Part shown: positions 25,938-35,044 of the stretch, one piece after another
Layout of the letters: each line of letters begins with the position of its first letter
Numbering within the stretch: the first letter of the stretch is position 1
NCBI GenBank assembly: GCA_025363205.1
Contig: JANYEI010000212.1
Span: 16,854 to 80,853 of the forward strand
Direction of reading: 5' to 3'
DNA from: Frigoribacterium sp.
GTDB taxonomy: Bacteria; Actinomycetota; Actinomycetes; Actinomycetales; Microbacteriaceae
DNA length: 64,000 nt
Notes under the pieces: generated by a model
What the model saw: only the letters and a program-made list of their open reading frames with translations
Database searches by the model: none
Told to the model about the DNA's origin: nothing
Made by a program: the position numbers and the translations under genes

Positions 25938-27272
25938 CTACTTGATTGCCGCGAGCCAGGATCGTGCCGAGGTCTCCCATTTCGCATACGCGGTGGGGAA
26001 GCCGGACAACTGCACCGACTGGGCCGCATCCGTCACTGACTTGGCCTGCCAGCCCGGGATGTCGAGAAGCCCGCGGGTGTTCGCGGCATTGGGATTCTTC
26101 GGCCCGCCGAAGAACAGTCGGGCCGCGTAGGTGGGCTCCAGGATCTGTGTCGGGGTGCCCCAGCCGGTACTCGGACGCTGCTGGAAGAGGCCGATCGAGT
26201 CGTGGTCACCGTAGGTCAGGTTGCGAAGGCCCGACTCTTGAGCCGCTGCGGCGAGGGCCACGACCAAGCCGTATTCCGGTACTCCGAGCGAGCGGCCGAT
26301 GGAGACAACGGTGCGCGCATTGACGGCCATCTCTCTGGTGAGAGGCACAATGGCATTCGGCGAGGTGGGAACAAGAGCGACAGCGGACGGGATGGCGAGA
26401 GTGCGGCCGCCGTAGATGATGCTCGACCAGGTGAGGTTGTTGGCAATCAGGATGGCCTGGGCGGTCACACCGAATTTCGCAGCGATCTGTGCAATGGTGT
26501 CGCCGCTCGCAATCGTGTAGGTCACCGGGGTGCCCCTCTGAGTTGCGGCAGAGGGAATTGCAGCAGAGGGAGTTGCGGCAGAGGGAGCCTCGATGATGCG
26601 CACCCGGCTGGCGGGGGCGATGGAAGCCAGATTCGTCGATCCCGGAATGGCGATGGTCTGGCCGGGGTAGATGATGCTCGTCCAAGCCAGTCCGTTGGCG
26701 CTCAGAAGGGTTTGTGTGGCGAGCCCGAAACGCGCGGCGATACCGCCGATCGAGTCACCCTTCTGAATCGTGTAGCGGCTCGTGGGGGTTGGGGCGACGA
26801 GCGCGACCGCGGCAACTGCGCCGCTCGTGCTCAGCTTCAGGGTCTGCCCGGCGAAAATTATGGATTTCCAGCTGAGGCCGTTGAGAGCGAGAACGGAGGC
26901 GGTGGCAAGGCCGTAGCGCCCGGCGATGCTCGAGACCGTGTCGCCGGCCACAACCCGGTAAGTGGCGGGCGCGGCGGCCACGGTGGTCATGGCGTTCGAA
27001 ACGGGGGCGGCCACGGGGTTGCTCGCGGCTCGGGCGGCGGCGGTGAACGCGTCACGGATACTCTTGCCGAGCTCTGACGGCGTAGAGCGCGGCTTTTCGC
27101 GCCGAAGGTCGCTGGAGTGCACAGGACCGGTCACATTCAGAGTCATCGCCATGGTGCCGACGAGCACGATCGGGATGGTGTTGAAGAGACCTCGGACGAG
27201 TTTGCGCTGGCCGACCTGGCTGCCCTGGCGTCGGGACGCGCGGTTCTCGCGCGGTTCGAATGTGTTCGTCAT
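25938..27272 (-). CDS. Secreted LysM-repeat protein with C-terminal SLT-like (lytic transglycosylase-like) domain
   Basis: Three LysM repeats (YRVVAGDTVSSIAGRYG..., YTIQKGDSIGGIAARFG..., YTIASGDTIAQIAAKFG...). C-terminus has QESGL...GLFQQ, resembling the ES / GLMQ blocks of family 1 transglycosylases. ATG 27272 preceded by GAGGAA. Confidence 0.75.
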   Translation of the reverse strand: MTNTFEPRENRASRRQGSQVGQRKLVRGLFNTIPIVLVGTMAMTLNVTGPVHSSDLRREKPRSTPSELGKSIRDAFTAAARAASNPVAAPVSNAMTTVAAAPATYRVVAGDTVSSIAGRYGLATASVLALNGLSWKSIIFAGQTLKLSTSGAVAAVALVAPTPTSRYTIQKGDSIGGIAARFGLATQTLLSANGLAWTSIIYPGQTIAIPGSTNLASIAPASRVRIIEAPSAATPSAAIPSAATQRGTPVTYTIASGDTIAQIAAKFGVTAQAILIANNLTWSSIIYGGRTLAIPSAVALVPTSPNAIVPLTREMAVNARTVVSIGRSLGVPEYGLVVALAAAAQESGLRNLTYGDHDSIGLFQQRPSTGWGTPTQILEPTYAARLFFGGPKNPNAANTRGLLDIPGWQAKSVTDAAQSVQLSGFPTAYAKWETSARSWLAAIK

Positions 27273-27458
27273 AGTTCCTCGTCTATCTCTCGCCCCCGAG
27301 ATATGTGCTGCACCCAAGAACGGGCGTCACGCCACCAGAGAACGCTGACACAGATCTATAACAGTGTCAATTAGTGGGACGAATGATGTTTGAGTTAACG
27401 CATTCGAAACAAAAGACTGAAGTTTGCACGAGGCCGGGCTTCTGGCAGCATTGGAGTT

Positions 27459-27800
27459 GTGACTACTGCTTCGGATACCCGCTGGCTTACCCTCCCAGAA
27501 CTCGTCGACATTCTGGGAATCGGCGTGGGCAAAGTGCGCCGGCTCATCGAGGACCACAGCCTGCTTGCCTCGAAGGTCGACGGCGTCTGGAAGGTACCGG
27601 AGTCCTTTATCCGCGATGCCGAACCGCTTCCGGAGTTGCGCGGAACCTTTTTGGTGCTGCATGACAGTGGCTACAGCGACGATGAGGCGATGCACTGGCT
27701 GCTCACCCAGGAAGAGAGTCTCGGCATTGCTCCGATTGACGCTCTTCGCGCCGGACGCAAGGCCGAGGTGCGTCGAGTCGCCCAGGCTCTCGGCTTCTAG
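27459..27800 (+). CDS. Rv2175c-like DNA-binding protein (HTH; PknL-substrate family)
   Basis: 113 aa. LPELVDILGIGVGKVRRLIEDHSLLA...LVLHDSGYSDDEAMHWLLT...IDALRAGRKAEVRRVAQALGF aligns by eye with my recollection of Rv2175c. GTG start after GGAG. Confidence 0.75.
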   Translation: MTTASDTRWLTLPELVDILGIGVGKVRRLIEDHSLLASKVDGVWKVPESFIRDAEPLPELRGTFLVLHDSGYSDDEAMHWLLTQEESLGIAPIDALRAGRKAEVRRVAQALGF

Positions 27801-27812
27801 GGACTTCCCTAC

Positions 27813-28934
27813 TCAAGCGGACCGCTTGATCACCGTGTCTGCAAGTCGAATCAGTTGATCCTTCGACGCGGGGCTGAGCGGGGCATCCTTGATAGCGGTA
27901 ATCGCGAGCGTGACGTTGTGGTCGATGATGCGTTCGACATGCTCCACCGCGCCGCTCTCGCGGATGGATGTCTGGAGCATCGCAACCTGCTGGGGTGAAA
28001 GTTCCGGATCTCCGAGCAATTCATCAAGAAGGCTGATGGAATTGGAGGGAAGCTTGGTGCGGGCAAGGGCGATGAGCACAGTGCGTTTGCCCTCGCGCAG
28101 ATCGTCTCCCGAGGGTTTACCAGTCGTCTCGGGGTCGCCGAAAACGCCAAGCAGGTCATCCCGCAACTGGTAAGCGATCCCCAGCGGGAGGCCGAATTCG
28201 CGCAGCGCGGCGAGTTGCTCGACCGATCCGCCCGCAAGCGCCGCGCCGATCGCGAGAGGCGCTTCGATGCTGTATTTGGCCGACTTGTACACGATTACAC
28301 GGTGGGCGCGCGTGAGTAATTCTGGTTCGGGATAGTTTCGCCAGCTGCGCTCGTCGAGGATGTCGAGGTACTGGCCGACGGTCACTTCTGTGCGCATGAG
28401 GTTGAAGTCGCGGCGCGCGGCAACGCGGGCGGCAGGCGCGGTGAGTGTTTGCAGGCCAGAGTCGAAGAGCTCGTCGCTCCAGCTCAGCAAGAGGTCGCCG
28501 AGCAGCAGGGCGGCGGACTGGCCGAATCCGCGGGCGCTCCCGGTCCAGCGGCCGTTGTCGTGCAGAGCCTCGAATCGCTTGTGTGCACTCGGCATACCGC
28601 GCCTGGTGTCGGAGTTGTCCATGATGTCGTCGTGCACGAGTGCTGCTGCGTGGAAGAACTCGAGGGCACTGGCTGTCAGTACGATTGCGTCGAGATCGCT
28701 GGGGGCGCTGCGGTCAGGCATCACATCGAAGCTCGTCGCGTGTCCGTTCACGGACTGCCAGCCCCAGTAGCAGAAGAGTGCACGAAAGCGCTTGCCGCCC
28801 CGCAGGAGGACGCGGGAGAAGTCGATGAACGGGGCGAGATCCGATCCGATGGATGCAAGCAAGGGTTCCCGCTCATCCAGGAAAACATCGATGTCGCTCT
28901 GGACAAGGTCAACTAACCGCTTACTCTCAGGCAC
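27813..28934 (-). CDS. Polyprenyl diphosphate synthase (IdsA2/GGPP synthase-like)
   Basis: 373 aa. First Asp-rich motif LVHDDIMD and second region QLRDDLLGVFGDPETTGKP. Confidence 0.88.
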   Translation of the reverse strand: MPESKRLVDLVQSDIDVFLDEREPLLASIGSDLAPFIDFSRVLLRGGKRFRALFCYWGWQSVNGHATSFDVMPDRSAPSDLDAIVLTASALEFFHAAALVHDDIMDNSDTRRGMPSAHKRFEALHDNGRWTGSARGFGQSAALLLGDLLLSWSDELFDSGLQTLTAPAARVAARRDFNLMRTEVTVGQYLDILDERSWRNYPEPELLTRAHRVIVYKSAKYSIEAPLAIGAALAGGSVEQLAALREFGLPLGIAYQLRDDLLGVFGDPETTGKPSGDDLREGKRTVLIALARTKLPSNSISLLDELLGDPELSPQQVAMLQTSIRESGAVEHVERIIDHNVTLAITAIKDAPLSPASKDQLIRLADTVIKRSA

Positions 28935-29011
28935 GGTTATAGCCTAGCTAGGTAGGGGAGTCTACAATTGAGACATACCACTACCGTGTCTCTGTCCTGA
29001 AGGGAGTCATC

Positions 29012-29377
29012 ATGCCGCTGTCGGAACATGAACAGCGTCTCCTGGACGAAATGGAGCGCAGCCTCTACCACAATGATGCAGATTTCGTCGCGACTGTTGG
29101 ATCGGGCCGGGGACGACCCACTTACCGCTCGATCGTTATCGGGGCACTCATTGGTCTCGCCGGGATTGCGGTGATCGTCACCGGCGTCATGCTGAAGTTG
29201 GCGATCCTCGGGGTTGCCGGCTTTATTGTCATGTTCGTAGGCGTTCTCGTCGCGACATCGGGGCCCAAGCATTTCGTCGAGGAAGCGCCACGGCCCACCG
29301 AATCGCGTTCAAAGGCAACCTTCATGGATCGCATGAATGAGCGCTGGGACAAGCGGCAAGACGGGCGAGAGCAGTAG
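29012..29377 (+). CDS. DUF3040-family small membrane protein (Rv2169c-like)
   Basis: MPLSEHEQRLLDEMERSLYHNDADF N-terminus followed by two TM helices. Conserved position upstream of mraZ in actinobacteria. Confidence 0.8.
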   Translation: MPLSEHEQRLLDEMERSLYHNDADFVATVGSGRGRPTYRSIVIGALIGLAGIAVIVTGVMLKLAILGVAGFIVMFVGVLVATSGPKHFVEEAPRPTESRSKATFMDRMNERWDKRQDGREQ

Positions 29378-29395
29378 CTTCCACCTGCAATTAAT

Positions 29396-29422
29396 GGCCG
29401 ATCGCAGGATCGGCCTTTTTTT
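29396..29422 (+). terminator. Canonical intrinsic terminator after the DUF3040 gene
   Basis: GGCCGATC (29396-29403), GCAG loop, GATCGGCC (29408-29415), followed by T7 (29416-29422). Confidence 0.85.
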
Positions 29423-29542
29423 GTGCCGTTTTCCGTGACGATTCATGTGCTGAGCGCATTTTGTCCTCCACTGGTCGCTCGCCCGTCGTAGAGGGAAAAA
29501 TCACCCCATTTCGGGGAACTTTGGCCTGCTATTCGTTGTTTT

Positions 29543-29568
29543 GTGGTGGAGAGTGGAGTAAAGTGGAG
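29543..29568 (+). promoter_or_regulatory. Candidate MraZ operator: three GTGG(T/A)G direct repeats at 10-bp spacing
   Basis: GTGGTG at 29543, GTGGAG at 29553 and 29563, plus an extra GTGGAG at 29546. They lie 41-66 nt upstream of the mraZ ATG. MraZ operators elsewhere are short G-rich direct repeats with one-helical-turn periodicity. Confidence 0.5.
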
Positions 29569-29608
29569 ACTACTTGAATCCAGGCCGGAGAATGAGGGGG
29601 AGTTGCCG

Positions 29609-30040
29609 ATGTTTCTTGGCACCCACACCCCCAAGCTCGACGACAAGGGCCGCGTCATCCTTCCGGCCAAGTTTTGGTCAGAGCTCGAATCCGGCATCGT
29701 GATCACTCGCGGCCAGGAGCGCTGCCTCTACGTGTTTTCCACGCGTGAGTTCGAAGAGATGCATGACCGCATCCGCCAGGCTCCCGTGACGAGCAAGCAG
29801 GCTCGCGACTATCTGCGCCTCTTTCTCTCCGGCGCGAATGCTGAGGTGCCCGACACCCAACACCGGGTTACCATTCCCGCTGCCTTGCGCGCCTATGCCG
29901 GTCTCGGACGGGACCTCACCGTGATCGGCGCCGGTAACCGCGCAGAGATCTGGGATACCACCGCGTGGGAGACCTATTACGCGGAGCAGGAAAGTGCCTT
30001 CGCCGACACCACGGAGGAGGTGATCCCCGGGCTCTTCTAG
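29609..30040 (+). CDS. mraZ: Transcriptional regulator MraZ
   Basis: 143 aa. [22 protein letters not shown] plus a second DxxxR-type repeat ([10 protein letters not shown]). GAGGGGGAG RBS. First gene of the dcw cluster. Confidence 0.93.
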   Translation: MFLGTHTPKLDDKGRVILPAKFWSELESGIVITRGQERCLYVFSTREFEEMHDRIRQAPVTSKQARDYLRLFLSGANAEVPDTQHRVTIPAALRAYAGLGRDLTVIGAGNRAEIWDTTAWETYYAEQESAFADTTEEVIPGLF

Positions 30041-30146
30041 TGCCCTTGTTCCTGACTCCCAGCCGTCGACTCGCCCTGACATCACTTCCCCGGTGACAGG
30101 TCGGACGGATGGGGATCAGGAACAAGGAACTGGACCACCGGTCATC

Positions 30147-31100
30147 ATGGTCGACAATCAGATCCATACCCCCGTGATGCTCGAACGAACCGTCGAGCTG
30201 CTCACCCCCGCGGTCTCCCACCCGGGCGCCGTGCTGGTGGATGCGACGCTCGGCATGGCCGGCCACGCCGAGGCCCTCCTGCAGCGCTTCCCCGAGCTCG
30301 TGCTCGTCGGTCTCGATCGTGACACCGACGCTCTCGCCATCGCGGGCGAGCGTCTTGCGCCCTTCGGCGACCGAGTGCATCTCGTGCACACCGTTTACGA
30401 CCAGGTCGAGGAGTCCCTCGACTCACTTGGGATTGCCCAGGTCTCAGGCATCCTCTTCGACCTCGGCGTTTCTTCCTTGCAGCTCGATCGGGTGGAGCGC
30501 GGGTTCTCCTATTCGAAGGATGCGCCCCTTGACATGCGCATGGACGCGACGTCCCCCCTCACGGCCGAGCGAATACTCGCCGACTACAGCGAGTCCGAGC
30601 TGCGTCGTATCTTCTGGGAGTTCGGCGAAGAACGGCTCGCTCAGCGCTACGCGAAGAAGATTGTTGAGAGCCGGGAGGCGAAGCCGCTGACGCGTTCTGC
30701 TGAGCTCGTCGAAATCATCACCGCGGTGACTCCGGTGGCCATCCAACGCAATGGGCATCCGGCCAAGCGGGTATTCCAGGCACTCCGCATCGAAGTCAAC
30801 CAGGAGCTCTCGGTGCTAGAGCGCGCCATCCCAGCCGCGATCCGCTCTCTCGCCGTCGACGGCCGCATCGTCGTGCTTGCCTATCAGTCGCTCGAAGACC
30901 GCATCGTGAAGCGGGCTCTGGCCAAGGCGTCGTCATCGACCGCTCCGGCCGGTCTCCCGATCGAGCTGCCGGAACATCGCGCAGAACTAAGACTTCTCGT
31001 CCGCGGCGCCGAACTCGCCAGTGACGATGAGAAGGCCGCGAACCCGCGGTCAACACCCGTGCGGTTGCGTGCCGCCGAACGCATTCGGAAGGCCGCATGA
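30147..31100 (+). CDS. rsmH: 16S rRNA (cytosine1402-N4)-methyltransferase
   Basis: [24 protein letters not shown] and [11 protein letters not shown] blocks. Start ambiguous: ATG 30147 gives a typical N-terminus, GTG 30093 is also open. Confidence 0.88.
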   Translation: MVDNQIHTPVMLERTVELLTPAVSHPGAVLVDATLGMAGHAEALLQRFPELVLVGLDRDTDALAIAGERLAPFGDRVHLVHTVYDQVEESLDSLGIAQVSGILFDLGVSSLQLDRVERGFSYSKDAPLDMRMDATSPLTAERILADYSESELRRIFWEFGEERLAQRYAKKIVESREAKPLTRSAELVEIITAVTPVAIQRNGHPAKRVFQALRIEVNQELSVLERAIPAAIRSLAVDGRIVVLAYQSLEDRIVKRALAKASSSTAPAGLPIELPEHRAELRLLVRGAELASDDEKAANPRSTPVRLRAAERIRKAA

Positions 31101-31678
31101 GCAACGCTCTCGCCATTGATCTGCCGGCCTTCGTACCGACAGAGATCGACGGCCATCCCCGTCATATCGAGATCGTTTCGACCCGCAGCCAAAAGCGTGC
31201 GCGCCCTCGCGTGGTGTACGCACTTGTTGCTGTCGCTGGACTCTTCATCATCCTGATGGCCCAGCTGCTCCTCAGTATCTGGTTATCGGATGGTGCGTAC
31301 CAGATCTCGGGGCTTCAGCAGACGCAGCGGGAACTCGCGCGCGACCAACAGGCCCTCGGCGAATCTCTCCATGTGCTTCAGTCGCCGCAAAACCTCGGGC
31401 TTCGAGCCTCCGCGCTCGGAATGGTGGTGAACACCGGGAGCCAGGGCTTTCTGAGTCTCGCCGGCGGTGTCACGCGCGCTCCGACACCGGCCGCTACCGA
31501 CACCACCGTGTCAGCGGATGTCGTGAAATTCGCTCCGAATGCGCTCATCACCCCCGATATCTCCGCACTCGGCGCGGGTTCACCTGGCGCGCCTGGCACA
31601 CCAAACCCCGCCGGTTCTGTAGCGTCCACCGCGGAGACCCCGGCCACGACGGTCCTGCCGTCGCCGATCACCCACTAG
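31097..31678 (+). CDS. ftsL: FtsL-like cell division membrane protein
   Basis: 193 aa. ATGA overlap with the rsmH stop. Single TM ([25 protein letters not shown]) followed by a coiled segment. Canonical position between rsmH and ftsI. Confidence 0.7.
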   Translation: MSNALAIDLPAFVPTEIDGHPRHIEIVSTRSQKRARPRVVYALVAVAGLFIILMAQLLLSIWLSDGAYQISGLQQTQRELARDQQALGESLHVLQSPQNLGLRASALGMVVNTGSQGFLSLAGGVTRAPTPAATDTTVSADVVKFAPNALITPDISALGAGSPGAPGTPNPAGSVASTAETPATTVLPSPITH

Positions 31679-31734
31679 CCGACGTCTTCATCGCAACACG
31701 AAGAGACGTACTACGAGCACAGGAGGAGGCGCCA

Positions 31735-33492
31735 GTGACCAACCAGCGCAGTAGCCGCCGCAGACTCGCCCTTGCGATCGTCATCGTCTTCGTGGTGGTC
31801 GGCATCTTCGCCGTTCGCCTCGTCGATATCCAGCTCGTGCGCGCCGACCAACTCAACGCGGACTCTCTCAGCAAACGGGCGATTACGACCACGACCTACG
31901 CGGCTCGTGGGGACATAGTGGACAGCAACGGTGTCGTGCTCGCGGGCACGGTCAATCGTTACGACGTCACTGTCGCTCCCGTCAATATGCAGACGGGCTT
32001 TCTCCGAAAGGCGACGGATGGAACGAAGACAACGGTCACCCCGACGGAGATTGCGAACGAGATCGCGACTGCCACCAAGCAGGATCAGTCGGTGGTGTTC
32101 CAGGCCCTCACCAAGAATCCGAGGTCGAATTACGCTCTGCTGGCCAAGGCAGTGGATCTGCCGACCAGGCGTGCGATCGAGAAGCTCAAAATACCCGGAG
32201 TCATCTTCCAGCTCCATCCCATGCGCACCTACCCGGTTGGCTCGGTTGCGGGAAATCTTGTTGGATACATGAACACCGACGGCCCGGGGGGCGGGCTCGA
32301 GCTCGGGGCTGACAAATGCCTCGCGGCCACCAACGGCAGCGTGACCTATGAGCGGGGCGCCGACGGCGTGCAGATCCCGGGCAGCAGCGTTGCCACCAAG
32401 GCGTCCAATCCGGGTGGAACGCTGAAGCTCACGGTCGATTCCGACCTCAGTTGGTTCGCCCAACAGGCACTCTACGAGCAGGCCACTGCGATCGGCGCCC
32501 AGTCCGCCAGCGCCGTCGTGCTGAGGATCAAGGACTTCCACCTCATGGCTGTCGCCGAATGGCCGAGCCTCGATCCGAACAATATCAACGGAACCCCAAT
32601 AGCGAATGTCGGTTCGCTTGCGTTCACCGCGGCCTATGAGCCTGGATCGGTCTTCAAAGCCATGTCGGCCTCGATGCTCATCGATACCGGTATCGGCTCG
32701 CCCACCATGCAGGCTGTCGTACCGTCGCACTGGGTGACTCCCGAGGGGGGAATCATCAACGATGCGGCACCGCATCCCGAGGAACATCTGACTCTCACCG
32801 GCGTGCTTCAGAACTCGTCGAATGTGGGAATCTCCAAGCTCGGTTCACAGGTTCCCGAAAAGACCCGGCTTGACTATATGAAGAAATTCGGACTCGGTGA
32901 GACCACCGCTGTCAAGTTCCTCGGTGAGTCGTCCGGCAGCATCCAGAAGCTTCCCTGGGACTCCCAGACCCACTACAACGTGCTCTATGGCCAGGGAGTC
33001 TCAGCAACCGCTCTCCAGGTCGCGCAGATATTCGCCACCATTGGCAACGGCGGCATGAGGCTGCCAACGACTCTCGTAGAAAGTTGCACCAAGCCTGACG
33101 GAAAGGTGAGCGACCTGCCGTCCACAACAGGTGTCCGAGTGGTCTCAGAGAGCAGTGCGAAGACGGTGACCAACATGCTCGAGAGTGTTGTCCAGGGAGG
33201 AGAACTTTCGAAGGCCGTGAAAATACCCGGCTATCGAGTGGCGGGTAAGAGTGGCACGGCGGAGATGGCAGGTCCGCAGGGTTACACGGGCGACCGCGTG
33301 GTTTCGTTTGCAGGGATTGCTCCCGCTGAGGACCCGCAATACGTCGTGGTCGTCACCTACACGAAGCCAGCTACCATAAGGAGTTCGGCAGCTGCGGCGC
33401 CGACTTTCAAGAAGATCATGTCCCAGGTGCTCACGAGGTACCGGGTACCCCCTTCGACAACGCCATCCACCTATCCGGCGACGACCTGGTAA
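31735..33492 (+). CDS. ftsI: Penicillin-binding protein 2B/3 (division transpeptidase FtsI)
   Basis: 585 aa. GGAGGAGG RBS and GTG start. SxxK (SVFK), SxN (SSN), KSG (KSGT). Confidence 0.9.
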   Translation: MTNQRSSRRRLALAIVIVFVVVGIFAVRLVDIQLVRADQLNADSLSKRAITTTTYAARGDIVDSNGVVLAGTVNRYDVTVAPVNMQTGFLRKATDGTKTTVTPTEIANEIATATKQDQSVVFQALTKNPRSNYALLAKAVDLPTRRAIEKLKIPGVIFQLHPMRTYPVGSVAGNLVGYMNTDGPGGGLELGADKCLAATNGSVTYERGADGVQIPGSSVATKASNPGGTLKLTVDSDLSWFAQQALYEQATAIGAQSASAVVLRIKDFHLMAVAEWPSLDPNNINGTPIANVGSLAFTAAYEPGSVFKAMSASMLIDTGIGSPTMQAVVPSHWVTPEGGIINDAAPHPEEHLTLTGVLQNSSNVGISKLGSQVPEKTRLDYMKKFGLGETTAVKFLGESSGSIQKLPWDSQTHYNVLYGQGVSATALQVAQIFATIGNGGMRLPTTLVESCTKPDGKVSDLPSTTGVRVVSESSAKTVTNMLESVVQGGELSKAVKIPGYRVAGKSGTAEMAGPQGYTGDRVVSFAGIAPAEDPQYVVVVTYTKPATIRSSAAAAPTFKKIMSQVLTRYRVPPSTTPSTYPATTW

Positions 33493-33505
33493 GAAAGTAG
33501 ACGCT

Positions 33506-35044
33506 GTGACTGCACGGATCCCCCCGGTTCTTCGACCGGAGCATCCGCTCGCGAGGCCTCTAGCCGGACTCGTTTCAGAGTTTGGGCTCCACTCGGTCGG
33601 CCCGCTGGACGGTGTGGAAATTACCGGTGTCACACTGCGCTCCACCGAGGTGGAGGCTGGTGACCTCTATGTGGGGATTCAGGGCGTGAACAGCCATGGC
33701 GCCCAATTCGCGCTGCAAGCTGCGGAGAGCGGTGCCGTCGCCGTGCTCACCGACGAGGCCGGGGCCGAACTCGCCGCCGACAGCGGCCTTCCCACTGTCA
33801 TCGTCGAGTCGCCGCGCATGGCGCTTGGGTATGTCTCGGCCTGGGTGTACCGCACTAACGAACATCCACCACTCATGCTGGGCATCACCGGCACCAATGG
33901 AAAGACCTCGACCGCCTACATCCTCGAGGCGATCCTCAAGCAGCTTGGTCTTGTTACCGGACTTTCGTCGACCGCCGAGCGCCACATCGGCGAGGTGAGT
34001 GTCGTCTCGAGACTCACCACTCCGGAGGCGAGCGAGATGCACGCACTCCTTGCCCGGATGCGCGAGAGCGAGGTGCGAGCGGTCGCCGTCGAGGTGAGCG
34101 CCCAGGCTCTCACCAAGAATCGGGTCGACGGGCTCTTGTTCGATGTGGTGGCCTTCACCAATCTCAGCCACGACCACCTCGACGACTATGCCGACATGGA
34201 CGAGTACTTTGAGGCAAAGCTCGCGTTGTTCGACCCGGAGCGTGGCAAGCGCGGGGTCGTTTCGCTGGATACCGCCTGGGGCCAGAAGGTTGTCGATCGC
34301 TCCCGCATCCCGGTGACGACGATCTCGTCGACCACCGGCGTCGCGGGGGAGTGGAACGTCGAAATCCTCGACGAGCGTGCGTCCGGTGTCGAGTTCACCC
34401 TTACCGGACCGGAGGGTCGTTCGATCACGACCCACGTGCCCCTCATCGGCCGACACATGGCGGCCAACGCGGCCCTCGCGATCGTGATGCTGGTCGAGGC
34501 CGGTTTCGAGCTCGAAGCCATTGGCCAGGCGGTCGAGCACGGCATCGACGCCTATCTTCCCGGACGCACCGAGAGAGTATCCGGCGATCGCGGGCCGAGC
34601 GTCTTCGTCGACTTCGGACACAGCCCGGATGCCTTCCTCAATACCCTCGACGCGGTGAGCAAATTCACCACGGGCCGCGTGATCATGGTGTTCGGCGCCG
34701 ACGGGGACCGCGACGCGACCAAGCGCCACGAGATGGGGCGGGTCGCCTCGGAGGGCTCCGATATCCTGGTGATCACCGATCACCACCCGCGCTTCGAAGA
34801 CCCGGAAGCGATTCGTGCGACGCTGATCGAGGGCGCGAATCTTGCCGAGCACCAGGCCGAGCTTCACGAGGTCAGTCCGCCGGAGAAGGCGATTCGCGTG
34901 GCGGTGGCGCTCGCGCGGGAGGGCGACTCGATCCTCTGGGCTGGGCCCGGCCATCAGGACTACCGCGACATTCGCGGTGAGCGCACGCCATATTCCGCTC
35001 GCGCTGAGGCCCGTGAGGCGCTGCGAGAGGCGGGTTGGGAATAA
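33506..35044 (+). CDS. murE: UDP-N-acetylmuramoyl-L-alanyl-D-glutamate-amino acid ligase (MurE)
   Basis: 512 aa. GITGTNGKTST P-loop and Mur ligase middle and C-terminal domains. The position of the DAP-specificity motif DNPR reads HHPR (ITDHHPRFEDP). Confidence 0.9.
   Translation: MTARIPPVLRPEHPLARPLAGLVSEFGLHSVGPLDGVEITGVTLRSTEVEAGDLYVGIQGVNSHGAQFALQAAESGAVAVLTDEAGAELAADSGLPTVIVESPRMALGYVSAWVYRTNEHPPLMLGITGTNGKTSTAYILEAILKQLGLVTGLSSTAERHIGEVSVVSRLTTPEASEMHALLARMRESEVRAVAVEVSAQALTKNRVDGLLFDVVAFTNLSHDHLDDYADMDEYFEAKLALFDPERGKRGVVSLDTAWGQKVVDRSRIPVTTISSTTGVAGEWNVEILDERASGVEFTLTGPEGRSITTHVPLIGRHMAANAALAIVMLVEAGFELEAIGQAVEHGIDAYLPGRTERVSGDRGPSVFVDFGHSPDAFLNTLDAVSKFTTGRVIMVFGADGDRDATKRHEMGRVASEGSDILVITDHHPRFEDPEAIRATLIEGANLAEHQAELHEVSPPEKAIRVAVALAREGDSILWAGPGHQDYRDIRGERTPYSARAEAREALREAGWE

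Noticed and set aside
27273-27458. Cyclic-di-AMP (ydaO-type) riboswitch upstream of the LysM/SLT-like wall protein, as seen upstream of rpf-type genes in actinobacteria.
   Set aside because: Reading the minus-strand leader, I could not find the conserved ydaO blocks (for example GGGGUGAAUC or ACGGGG pairs). The region looks like an AT-rich divergent promoter instead. A cmsearch would settle it.
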